Shown one piece after another: positions 26,265 to 36,605 of a stretch of DNA of 64,000 nt. The position numbers and the translations under genes are program-made. The notes under the pieces were generated by a model. It did not search any database and was not told the DNA's origin. It saw only the letters and a list, made by a program, of their open reading frames with translations. Source of the DNA: Macrostomum lignano (lineage: Eukaryota); the NCBI GenBank assembly GCA_002269645.1, contig NIVC01002132.1, positions 124,001 through 188,000 on the forward strand, given 5' to 3'. Every line of letters starts with the position of its first letter. Within the stretch, counting starts at the first letter, position 1.

Positions 26265-29200
26265 CACAGACCAATAAGTATAACTAGACTGCGCGTGTGG
26301 GGCAAGAAATGTGTGCCTCTTTCCAAGTAGGAAAAATGGCACCCCAGCTCCCACCCCCTCACGATCGATATTTTTGGCTTCCTTTCCCTTCCAACCCCTC
26401 TGTCATTGGGCCCGCTGTATTAATTGTTGCCTTTTGCCATGGAACACGGATTGCTAACCATTTAACCAACTTTATTGCAACTAGCAATTTAACAGTTTAA
26501 ATCCAGTATTATTTTTCGATTTATTAAAAACTAAAAAACCGTACAAAAACGCTTGCAGACAAAATGAGACCTTTTTGTTGTTGCTGATAGCATAGAAGCA
26601 GTAATAAAAGTATATAAATAGCTCACCTGGTTTCGAATATACTATAGATTAAGAAATATCGCTGCTCGAAGTAGTCTCTGCCTCCTTCCTGGTCTTCTTC
26701 CTGCGCGAGAAAGTTCTTTAGCTAGTTTTTTCATTCTGATCTTTATGAAGAGCCCGGCCATGACTCGAATTAAATGGAGCTTGTGCGACTCAATGCCGCT
26801 GCTTGCGGATGCCGAATGCGAGTCAAGCTCAGGGAATAGATTGCTCGACATGCGCAAAGTCTCGTGAACTGCTACGTCACTGGAGAATTGGCTGTTATAG
26901 CTGGCACGTCGAATAACAGACTCAGCACTGAGCAGCACACGGAAGACATCGCTGCTGGGAAAAATCAAGCCGCCAGTTCCTTCCTTGTTCAAAACATTCT
27001 TCAAGGCAACAAGTGAGCAAGGGGCACGAAAAGCTGGTGGCGTCTCGGAGCTGGCAGTCAGAGCTGACCTGCACGTAGCACATTCGACAACTTTCAACAT
27101 GCTTCGCACAACTGCTCCGGCAATATAGTACACAATAGACTGGCAAATCTCACAATTAGATGCATTCATGCAGTGCTGGATGGATTCAAGACTCAGTCCC
27201 ATATCATTCTGAACTTTCATCTTCCACTGCTTCTGTGCTGATTCAGCTGATGATGGTAGGCATGACAAGGACAGTTGAATGGTGGCATCCTGCTGCTTCA
27301 CATTCGGGCTGACAGACTGGAGAATCCCACCTCCGGCATGCACCAGCAGCTGCCTAAATGCCGAGCGAAACTGCTTTGGTGTCGGGTTGTGGTTCCAGCC
27401 ATTTCGAAGCCTGACTGCATTAAAGAATAGTTCTAGAAAGTCCTGAGACAGCTTGTAAGTGCAAAGAAAGAAGAATTCGCCAGTTGAAAATAAATACTTG
27501 GCAAGCGCAATAACGGCATGGCAATTGGTGATGAAGCCTAAAAATCCTGTCTTCTTTGCAGTGTCAACGATTTTGCATCTAGCTGGAGTTTCTAAGCTCT
27601 TGAGAAGCTGGATCGAGTCAGTGAAGAAGTCAATCCAGTCAGACTGGTTGTCAGCTCTTAGAGCCATTTTAGCCCCATAATTTACCAGTCGCTTCGAGTT
27701 GAACGCATCGAACAGATCATTGATGTGCTCAATAAAATCTGCTGTCACTAATACATCGGAATGATCAAATCCGGCCAAGCCTTGCTTGTGCACCCATCGT
27801 AATGAGTCAGCCACCGACTTACTAAAAAGTTGTGAGGCCAAATAAACTTTCATCTTTAAATTAGCAAAGTTAATGTGATGCCTGCTCAGCTTATTGCCCA
27901 GTCTGAGTCCATGGCTCTCCTGTACTTGCTGCAACATGCACACATATTTCCAATCAATATTTCCTCTGTCCGGCCAAACAAATGTTCCCAGGGACTGCCA
28001 CTGGTTTCGAATCAGCTTCAAATGTGCGGCACATCCAAGAAGGCTGAAACCTGAATGCCGGGATCGCAGGGGTGTGGGAAAGAGGCAACTATCTCATTGG
28101 GAGAGCTTATTCTGGCACCAAGAAGCTCGATCGCTCGAATATTGTGCTGAGTCCCATCGCATGTAAATGATGAGGCAATAACGCCAACCTGGTAGAGCCG
28201 CTGGATTGATTCCTCTACGACACTTGAAAGAAATTCGCCATCAACTCCGCTCACTAGAAAATATCCTAAAGGTAGCTTCCAATAGCTCTTGAGACCCACT
28301 GCCATCACTACCAATGCTGAAGTTGCCTCCTGATCAGTTGACTTGCCATCGCCTTTGTCAACATAGCCAAAGAAACTGCCTTCATTTGAATTCCACTCAA
28401 CCATCGCTTCCAGTGACATTTCATCAGCTACAACGTTGCAGTAGTCGAAGGATCGGTCATCATTGGAGCTGCGTCGCCGAGAAAGTTCCTGAAAGGCTTG
28501 GTCACAAAATCCTGGAAGGCATTTCGCATTCGAGAGCCATCTTCTAAGCGAAGCTGGATGCGGAAGCTGAAAGTACTGTCTCACATACGCATAGGCCTTC
28601 GGGCTGTAAAAGTGCAATGTGGAGGCGAATTTCCGCACTTCGTGGGAGAATATTCTTGTCCTCTTGGTAATCTTGCTTGGCAAAATGCTGCTAAGCAGTG
28701 AATCGGAGGTCAAGAAATTCAGCCGAGATGCAGCAGCTTCATTCAAAATACATTTGGCCCTTAACTCTCGAATCACATCTTTCAGGGTCTTGGCTCTTTG
28801 TTTAATTTGCCTATGCTTTGAGCGCAGTGATCGAATTTTGCGGTACTTGCTCTGGAGCGACCGCCTTAAGATTTCAACAGCCTTTGCACTTTTCTTGAAC
28901 CGGCTATGAGTAGATAGAAGCCTTCTGTATCTGCGCCGAAGATTTTTAAGTGCTCTCACCTTCTTGTCGAATTCTTCTCTGGGCACGCAGTTAACATGGA
29001 TGTCCGGTCCAGGATCTTCATCTTCCTTGGCAGCCACTGGAGCTTCCGGCTCGCTGCTCTCTGTTGATTTACAAAATGCAGCGAAATCAACTTCGCGAGC
29101 TGCGGCCGCGGTGGCAGTCTTCCGTTTCTTCTCAGCTTTCGGCTGCAGATGGTCAGGGAACGCCGGGAAGATGGAAGGAACGGCATTTGGATATAGCCGT

Positions 29201-29756
29201 CTTTTGACGCTAGGCAGAAAGCCTGCAAATTGCTCTTTGAAGCAAGATTCCTCAAAATGCATTGAGCAGACTTGCGTGGATGGCGATGGCTCAAAATCTT
29301 TTCTTTTCAGCGCTATCAGCCACTTTTTCCTTATTTCCTTGTCCTTTGGAAAAGTATGAAAGGACACTCCCGCCAAAGACATTGCTGAGTTGTTCGAGCA
29401 GCCAGCAGCGCAGCAAAAGCTGCCGTAATTTCCTTTTCTTTTCCTCGGCAATTTAGAAGATTCAGGTTGTTCTTCCATTTCGTTTTGAGAAATTATTAAT
29501 TTTTTAATAACTTTGCTTAGCTGTTTAAGGTTAGTATAGCATTGCTATTGTGGTCCCCAAGCCGCATTAATATACATGTTAATTTAAAAAAGGCCAGTGC
29601 AGACAGCTGAAGAAGGGCCAGTCTTCCCCAAGCCAAAAATATCGATCGTTTTGGGCTGGGGTAGAGAGGACCATTTTTTGCTTTGTCATTTTGTCAAAAA
29701 ACGAGCCCACGCAAGCAATGCTGGATGCGCAGTCTAGTTATACTTATTGGTCTGTG
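26265..29756 (-). mobile_element. P-superfamily (THAP9-like) DNA transposon, 3492 bp
   Basis: Perfect 30-bp TIRs CACAGACCAATAAGTATAACTAGACTGCGC; 8-bp TSD CCCCCAAC at 26257-26264 and 29757-29764; the right arm of the host element shows the empty site. Confidence 0.95.
26642..29478 (-). CDS. THAP-domain P-element-type transposase (~945 aa) with a single 1-bp frameshift at ~28021
   Basis: THAP C2CH (CCAAGC..VCSMHF..AVPSIF); VADEM, TCDG, DVPH and SQDFLELFF motifs. One added T restores DVPHILKLIRN. Confidence 0.93.
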
Positions 29757-30143
29757 CCCCCAACCCCGCACCACAGGATTGAGGGAGATCGGCCGCAACG
29801 CAGTGCTACAGCCACCGCAACTAACTGCGACGGCTCTTCTACACTGCTGCTGCTGCTGCTGCTGCTGCTACCGTTGCCGCTATTCATTGTGTGTGTGTGT
29901 GTGTGTGGTTGATCGTAAATTTGAAAAGATTTTCAGCCGCGCAGGGGTCTCGTTTTTATAGTGATTTTACGAAGTCTCTCATTGGCTCCGCCAGTCCGCA
30001 AGCAAGCAAGCAAGCAAGCAAGTCTGCCCAAACCTCAGCCCAGCCAGCGAGTTAGTCAGTCTGACTCAACAGCGAGCTATACCTGTTTTAACAATAAAAT
30101 TTCAGATTCTCAAAAATTTCAGAGTCTAGGTTATTTCAATTTC

Positions 30144-31031
30144 AAAAAACAAATGAAATAAGACCATTTTAATTCCAGAGATGGTATTTGTCAATTCCAG
30201 TTTATTCAAAAGATGGTTTTCACATTATTAGAGTTGATATAATCGCAGAAACACAAATTCCCACAAGTAAAAATTATACAATTGAGAGTTAATCAGCATC
30301 AACATCAAAGGCCCTGCCTAAATTTAAAGCAAAAGGCTACGAATATGAAGTAGCCTTCACAGCGGATATTGTCGATGTCGAGACACATTTGCGAAAATAA
30401 TAACAACCCTCTGCGCTGACCTGCACGCTAACGATTTCATCTCAGCCAAACTAACGGCCAACAAAATGTTGCTCACTATTAACGTGCCGCCCGCTTCACT
30501 GCAGAGCTTGTTTTCAAGCACATAAACAAGGTTCTACAGTAGAGTTATTATTATACAAACCATATATCCCCACAAAAGCAATGATTATACAGCCCACACA
30601 TTACGAATATGAATATTCCCACACAAAAAGCAATGATTATACAGCCCACACAAAAAGAGTCTTTTTAGCAATTGTCTTAATCATTTCACTCGACACGCAT
30701 TGTAGGCAGCTGCTGCAGTTTGGCCTTGTCGCTGCTGTAGATTAGCTTAATTCGCTTGTTCTGCTCCTTGATCACAGCAGCCCAGGCAGCAAAGGCCGGC
30801 TCGTGAGGCCCAATCTGATGGGTCGGGGTCTTGAAAAGCTGTTCATCAGTCAGGCCAGCGGCAGCAGCAGCTCGTCGAGCTCAGTCGAGTCCGGGGGATA
30901 CGAGTGCCACCACTTGTAGCTGCTGCCGCTGCCGCTGCCGCCGTCAGTCGTAGAAAGCTTCTTCACCTGCGGCTGCAGGTGAGTCCGGGGGATACGAGTG
31001 CCACCGATTGAACTGCAGCCGAACTGCAGCC
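30144..31031. other. Unique spacer of the foldback element with two convergent ORF remnants (30296-30525 +; 30686-~30975 -)
   Basis: Plus: KALPKFKAKGYEYEVAFTADIVDVETHLRK/IITTLCADLHANDFISAKLTANKMLLTINVPP. Minus: GLTDEQLFKTPTHQIGPHEPAFAAWAAVIKEQNKRIKLIYS. Confidence 0.55.
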
Positions 31032-31189
31032 GAAATTGAAATAACCTAGACTCTGAAATTTTTGAGAATCTGAAATTTTATTGTTAAAACAGGTATAGCT
31101 CGCTGTTGAGTCAGACTGACTAACTCGCTGGCTGGGCTGAGGTTTGGGCAGACTTGCTTGCTTGCTTGCTTGCTTGCGGACTGGCGGAG

Positions 31190-31222
31190 CCAATGAGAGA
31201 CTTCGTAAAATCACTATAAAAA
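31190..31222 (+). promoter_or_regulatory. Putative Pol II promoter (CCAAT box plus TATA box) in the arm, mirrored in the left arm
   Basis: CCAAT at 31190 and TATAAAAA at 31215, 73 nt upstream of ATG 31288; a second TATAAA at 32455 lies upstream of dUTPase. Confidence 0.5.
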
Positions 31223-31287
31223 CGAGACCCCTGCGCGGCTGAAAATCTTTTCAAATTTACGATCAACCACACACACACACACACACA

Positions 31288-32184
31288 ATGAATAGCGGCA
31301 ACGGTAGCAGCAGCAGCAGCAGCAGCAGCAGTGTAGAAGAGCCGTCGCAGTTAGTTGCGGTGGCTGTAGCACTGCGTTGCGGCCGATCTCCCTCAATCCT
31401 GTGGTGCGGGGTTGGGGGCGGTCGAGTAGGCCGGAACCCGCCGCTTCGATCTACCGCCCGACCGGTTTTAAGTCTGGCGTGTAAGTCTGACAACAGCAAC
31501 AACAGTAGTAGCGGCAGCAGCAGCAGCAGCAGCAGTAGCATCAGTGGAGACACTAGCAGCGTTGACGACTTTCAAGGTTGGTGCGGCGGTAGCTACTGCG
31601 GCAATGAATGTTGCCAGCCCGGTAATGACTGTGGGCTGCTGGGAGCCAGCCCTTGCGAATATGCCGCAGTCGCCACCGCTGCCGCCGCGACTATTGAAGG
31701 CAGCAGCAGCAGTCTGAATCAGCAACCGCGGCAACTGAAGAATAAGAAGACGAGCCGCTGCCGATTGGGCATCAATTTAGCCCCTCGGATGGGGCTGCAG
31801 CAGCAGCAGCAGCAGCACAGTACTGACGCTGCTGCTAGTGAAAAGGCTGCTGTTGGTGCTGCTGACGACGATGGCGAGGCAACCTACCAAGAGTTTTTGC
31901 GGCGTTGGTGCCGCGAGCCAGACTTGGACATGGTAAATAATTGCATTTTATCCGAAAACTTTTCATTTAGCAACTAATTGCTGATTCAAAATTTCAATGC
32001 ATTATAGCGGAAAACTTTCCCCGCCCATTCCCTTTTCTAGCTAGCCGACTATTGTTTTGGCAGCCGCTCTGAGGAGCGTGCGTATTACACGGCGGTGAAG
32101 GAGCGGCGGGTGTATGAGGCTGACCTCCATGAGGAGGTCGCTGAAGAGTTGGACAGATTATTCCCCGGCTCGGGGCTTTGTTAA
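31288..32184 (+). CDS. Ser/Gln-rich orphan protein, 262 aa, two exons (31288-31932, 32041-32184), right-arm copy
   Basis: Donor ATG|GTAAAT and acceptor CCTTTTCTAG|CTA join in phase 0, giving ..YQEFLRRWCREPDLDM-LADYCFGSRSEERAYYTAVKERRVYEADLHEEVAEELDRLFPGSGLC*. Confidence 0.65.
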
Positions 32185-32525
32185 TATTGTTGACAATTTA
32201 ATGTTGTGTCTGCACGCATTTTTATTTTCATGCACCTTGTACATATCTTGTTTTATATCAAGTGTTGTGTCTGCACTCAATCTAAATTTTCATGCACCCA
32301 TAGTATATATCTCGACTCGCTATAAATGTTGTGTATGCACACTTACGCTATCCACATGCACATTCTTTTCAAATAAATTGTTTTGCAAAATTTAAATATT
32401 GCGTTGAGATTTTTACCATTTTTTCGATTAATGATATTTAGAATGAAAAAAAACTATAAACCATTCCGTGTGTAAACACTGTGACTGATTATAACCGCAA
32501 ACTCACCAATTCCAGCTACGTCATC

Positions 32526-32984
32526 ATGGCTGCTTTAAAGGTGTCGCTGCTGACTGAAGGTGCCCGCCCGCCGGCTCGCCAGACGATCGGTTCTGTTGGC
32601 TACGATCTCTTTGCCTCTGAAGATGTGGTTGTCCGGGCAGGGTCGGTTGCGCAGGTGCCTCTCGGAATTTCGATCCAACCGCCTGATGGGACCTACGCTC
32701 GGATTGCCGGCCGGTCTGGGCTGGCGTTGCGCAAGTCTATACAAGTGGGCGCCGGCGTGATCGACCCTGACTATACTGGAGAATTGACTGTGGTGATATT
32801 TAATCATGGCAGTGCGGACTGGTTCATAACTCGGGGCTACCGTATCGCTCAATTAGTTTTGGAGCGTGTAATGATTGCTCCCGTAGTTGTAAGGGATCTC
32901 TATAGAGGGAATGGCGAAGAGGAGGCCGCTGGCAGCCACTCAATTCGCGGTGCAGGAGGGTTTGGTAGTACAGGCTATAATTAA
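32526..32984 (+). CDS. dut: dUTPase, right-arm copy, same translation as the left copy
   Basis: Same five motifs; identical translation in the ORF track. Confidence 0.97.
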   Translation: MAALKVSLLTEGARPPARQTIGSVGYDLFASEDVVVRAGSVAQVPLGISIQPPDGTYARIAGRSGLALRKSIQVGAGVIDPDYTGELTVVIFNHGSADWFITRGYRIAQLVLERVMIAPVVVRDLYRGNGEEEAAGSHSIRGAGGFGSTGYN

Positions 32985-33857
32985 GTCTCAACTTGCTGTT
33001 GTCTCTTACTGTTTTTGCTCTCTTTTTCAATTATTGAAATGAAAAAAATATACGCTTTTCCAATGTGAAAACTATATGAATACAGTCTTTTTCAATAGAA
33101 TCTTGATTTGTAACTCTACTAAAGGTAGTAGTGTAATCAGCTACATGTAGATTTTGAATAATTGACATATAAATAGGAATATGTATATAACGTGGTTTGT
33201 AAAACTTGGGTGTTGACTCATTTGGATGATATTGTACATGTAGTAGGGTTTCGAGTTGTAATCTTGGGGTGTGCGCGCGCTGGGGATGACACTGTAGATT
33301 AATGTGAGTGTACATGTAGAATTGGGGATAGACAATTTGGGATAGGGATTAATGTACATGGAATTAATGTACAATTTGAGATAGATAGGGAATAATGTAC
33401 ATGGAATTAATGACATATATGAGCACATGGATTATTACGACTACATATTTCCATATCACGCTTAGGATAGCGTTTTTGTATACTACTTACTTCATTTTCA
33501 GATAGTAGTATAATTTGCGTTTTTTTGCGTCAAAACATCTGAAAACCCTGCTCTATCTGCACATTACGTAGTAATGTGTCACGAGTTTGTGTGCAACTAC
33601 AGGCAGTGCGCTCGCTCATTCTGCAGCAACATGTCAGATTTCCACAGTGGTCAAACAAGCGGTCAACTTTTCCCAGGTCTCAGCCTCAAGTTATTGCAAT
33701 CGCCCGCGGTTCTCGTCTCAACTGTTGGGTGATGCAGTTTTGCGTCGCAAGGCCCTGGCTTGGGCTGGTGAGAAGAGAGTGAAGAGTTATGACTAGAGCT
33801 GGATTAAAGCTGCCACTCTCGGTTCTCATGAAGAGGGTGTTTTGAGCTTACGAACTT

Positions 33858-34098
33858 TCCAGCTTGTGATGCTTCCAGCTTGTGAAGTTTCGAGCTTGTG
33901 AAGTTTCGAGCTTGTGAAGTTTCGAGCTTGTGAAGTTTCGAGCTTGTGAAGCTTCGAGCTTGTGAAGTTTCGAGCTTGTGAAGTTTCGAGCTTGTGAAGT
34001 TTCGAGCTTGTGTAGCTTCGAGCTTGTGAAGTTTCGAGCTTGTGAAGTTTCGAGCTTGTGTAGCTTCGAGCTTGTGAAGTTTCGAGCTTGTGAAGTTT
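33858..34098. repeat. 16-bp minisatellite (GAAGTTTCGAGCTTGT)
   Basis: Direct periodicity. Confidence 0.93.
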
Positions 34099-34883
34099 TA
34101 AGCTGCGATGCAGTACAAATCGACGATGCTGTAAACCGTTTACGAGCAAAACCAAGAAATTAATTATCATTGCGTTAAACGATCAAATATTACGTCAGTA
34201 CAATTTATATAAAAGCAGTAATTGTAACGTACTGCTATATGCCAATAATATAATATTGAGCCTGTATGATTAATCAATAGATTTTATTAGTAGCAGTACG
34301 TGTAGAAGGCTCTTAAAAATTGCAACCTATTATGTTTAATGACAGCTTTGCGTCGTTTCCATTCCTTTGTACTGACGTATTTCTTTTGTGTTGAGTCGAT
34401 AGCTCATCAATGGATGCCTGAGATGATGAACCCAATTGATCTGAAGGCTGAAGCAATTGCAAATACAGAATGCTGCAATGAAAATCCACTGGATGGAACT
34501 GACAATGTAATGTTCGAAGCTCGTATATATGCGATTGATTTTATAGAAATGTACTTTTTGCTCTCGATGTGACGACCTGAGCTAGGCCACATGTTGATGT
34601 GGAGCCTAGATTATACATTCTTCATTTCATAGTCCATACATGACCTGCACCTTTGCATTGTAAAAATGGGACTGTATACTTACATATAATTAATGTCGGT
34701 TCCATGGTAACCTGGCTAGATCTTCGTTGTGAGCACCTTTTTGGCGCAACGCCTTCGGCGGCATCGTCCCAAAACCGATTTTGCGCCAATTGCGCTGAAT
34801 TCTGAGCACATACAATTAAACGCGCGGATACTGTACGCACTCATGCATACATAATATTAATAATATTGATTACACCTGCCCCA

Positions 34884-35149
34884 ATGGACAGATTTGCAAC
34901 CGACAGCTCAGCCGCAGCTATTGCGCGGCGCTTATGAAGGCTGCGTACGGCTGTTCAGTCCAAGGGACTGGGGGGTCGCCACACAGCCTCAATTACCCCA
35001 GCTAATGCTGGCACCCATTCTGGGTGAACTCAAGCAATGCAGAGTTAAGTGTCATGCTCAGGGACACAAATTGTTCCAAGTGGGTAGAGAATCGAACCCC
35101 CGACCTTTCAGTCGCGAGTCAGACCTCTAACCACTAGGTTACAACCGCC
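34884..35149 (-). mobile_element. tRNA-derived SINE, family A copy 1
   Basis: Minus strand: A box TAACCTAGTGG, B box GGTTCGATTCT; homologous to the 46609 and 48936 copies. Confidence 0.8.
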
Positions 35150-36068
35150 TGTACATGTAACACATACTGTACACTGAGCCAGGTGCCATCATGGGGCCCT
35201 CATTGTGAATCGCACAAGCCCCTTAAGTCAATTTCTGATTTCTAATTTAAAATGACGCGCACGGAATCGAACCAGAGGTCGCAACGCGAGTCCTCAGCTA
35301 TAGTAAAATTTTTATTGAGGTAGACCTTTACAACTAGATACCGCTAAAATAGTTGTCATGGTCACAGCACTGGATTGCTAGTATAACGAAGTAGGCAGAA
35401 ATCGCGCTAGAGTCCAGCTGACTCAGCCTGCTAGTTCTCTGGAATGACTGACTGTACTCGGTCAGTTTCGAATACAATAGCGAAGCGTTTAGCCTAGTCA
35501 ACTCAAGCCTCATCTCTGCTAGCTCATCAAGTGTACTCAAGGTGCTCAATAGCATACAAGCTGGCCAGTTCTTTCTAGATCTACTATGCAACTATAGAGG
35601 CCAGTGACAAACCAGTTTGGTGGCACCTCCTTCGAGCAAAGGAATTCATCTCTGTAGATTATTAACCAAGACTGTGCAGTATTAAGAGAAATAGCTCAGA
35701 CAGCTGAATGATATTTCAGTATGGGAGCAGAGCTCCAGAGAGAATAAACAGGGCGGGCCATCAAGGATAAAATAATATGAGAAAGAGCCGCACTGCCCTT
35801 TGCGCACTTGGCCGGTGGTTTTCAGTCGGAATGAGCCAGTACTGGGTTAAAAAGTGTAGTCAGAGTCGCGAACAGCTGGACATAGAAAAAGAGATTAGCT
35901 AGAAGATTAACGCAGAAGACACATCTACGTATAATAGGTTTATAATAGGTTTATATTTTCCCTCGCAAACGAGGGAAAATTGACCACAAATTTAACAAAA
36001 AACAAACGGCTTAACAACATAGGCCTCTCAGTGACAAGAGTGTGTATTAGAATAATCAGTAATTGAGT

Positions 36069-36605
36069 TCACATGGCCACAAGGATCTCAAACTGCTTGC
36101 TAGAGTGCTCAGCGCCGCCCCAGCTGAAGTAGGCGCACTGATGCGGACTATAAACTTTACCGGCAGCCGCGTCGCCATTAACAAATCCCTTGCCGATGTA
36201 AAGGGGTTCGTTCCTGTCAGTGTGTCCGCCAATGATGGCGTTTGGCGGCACGTTGAAGCCCTGGCAGGGGGCCCAGGCCCAGCCGCAGCCGAAGCAGGGC
36301 ATGCCGGAGTCGCACAGCACCTCGTACTGCTGCACAAGGTGCTCCTTGCCGCCGTAGGGCAGGCAGACGTGGCCGTGGCCCTGCACCAGCTTGGCCGGGA
36401 TCAGCTCGTTGCCGTGGCGGGCCCGGCTGACGTACACGGGCGAGCCGTCGCGCTGAGTGCCCACCTGCACCGCCCTGGGCGGGACCTGACCGTTGGAGGC
36501 CGGCACCCAGCTCAGGCACACCTGGGCCGGCTTGCCGCTGCCACCGCCGCCACCGTACGGCGGAGGCTGGGCGCCCGGTTGCGGGTAAGGCTGGTTGCCG
36601 TACAT
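36069..36605 (-). CDS. DM9-repeat (DUF3421) protein, 178 aa, two DM9 units
   Basis: WVPASNGQVPPRAV..YVSRARH..IPAKL..YGGKEH..YEVL and WAPCQGFNVPPNAIIGG..LYIGK..GKV..WGGAEH..FEIL. Confidence 0.9.
   Translation of the reverse strand: MYGNQPYPQPGAQPPPYGGGGGSGKPAQVCLSWVPASNGQVPPRAVQVGTQRDGSPVYVSRARHGNELIPAKLVQGHGHVCLPYGGKEHLVQQYEVLCDSGMPCFGCGWAWAPCQGFNVPPNAIIGGHTDRNEPLYIGKGFVNGDAAAGKVYSPHQCAYFSWGGAEHSSKQFEILVAM

Larger units (their letters stand above)
25491..29887 (-). pseudogene. Left-arm copy of the Ser/Gln-rich orphan gene, interrupted by the P element
   Basis: Pieces 29887-29757, 26264-25743 and 25634-25491 match the intact right-arm copy. Confidence 0.7.
24104..33572. mobile_element. Large foldback element with ~2.54-kb TIRs and 6-bp TSD; probable non-autonomous Polinton/Maverick-like element
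   Basis: Left arm 24104-26264 plus 29765-30143 is the reverse complement of right arm 31032-33572. AATGTG at both 24098-24103 and 33573-33578; 888-bp spacer 30144-31031. Confidence 0.85.

Noticed and set aside
24104-33572. Galileo-type foldback P element owning the long TIRs
   Set aside because: The THAP transposase has its own 30-bp TIRs and 8-bp TSD and interrupts one arm, so it is a secondary insertion.
24104-33572. Pure assembly palindrome artefact
   Set aside because: A unique spacer, a flanking 6-bp duplication and an arm-specific insertion with its own TSD are not expected from a read foldback; read confirmation is still needed.
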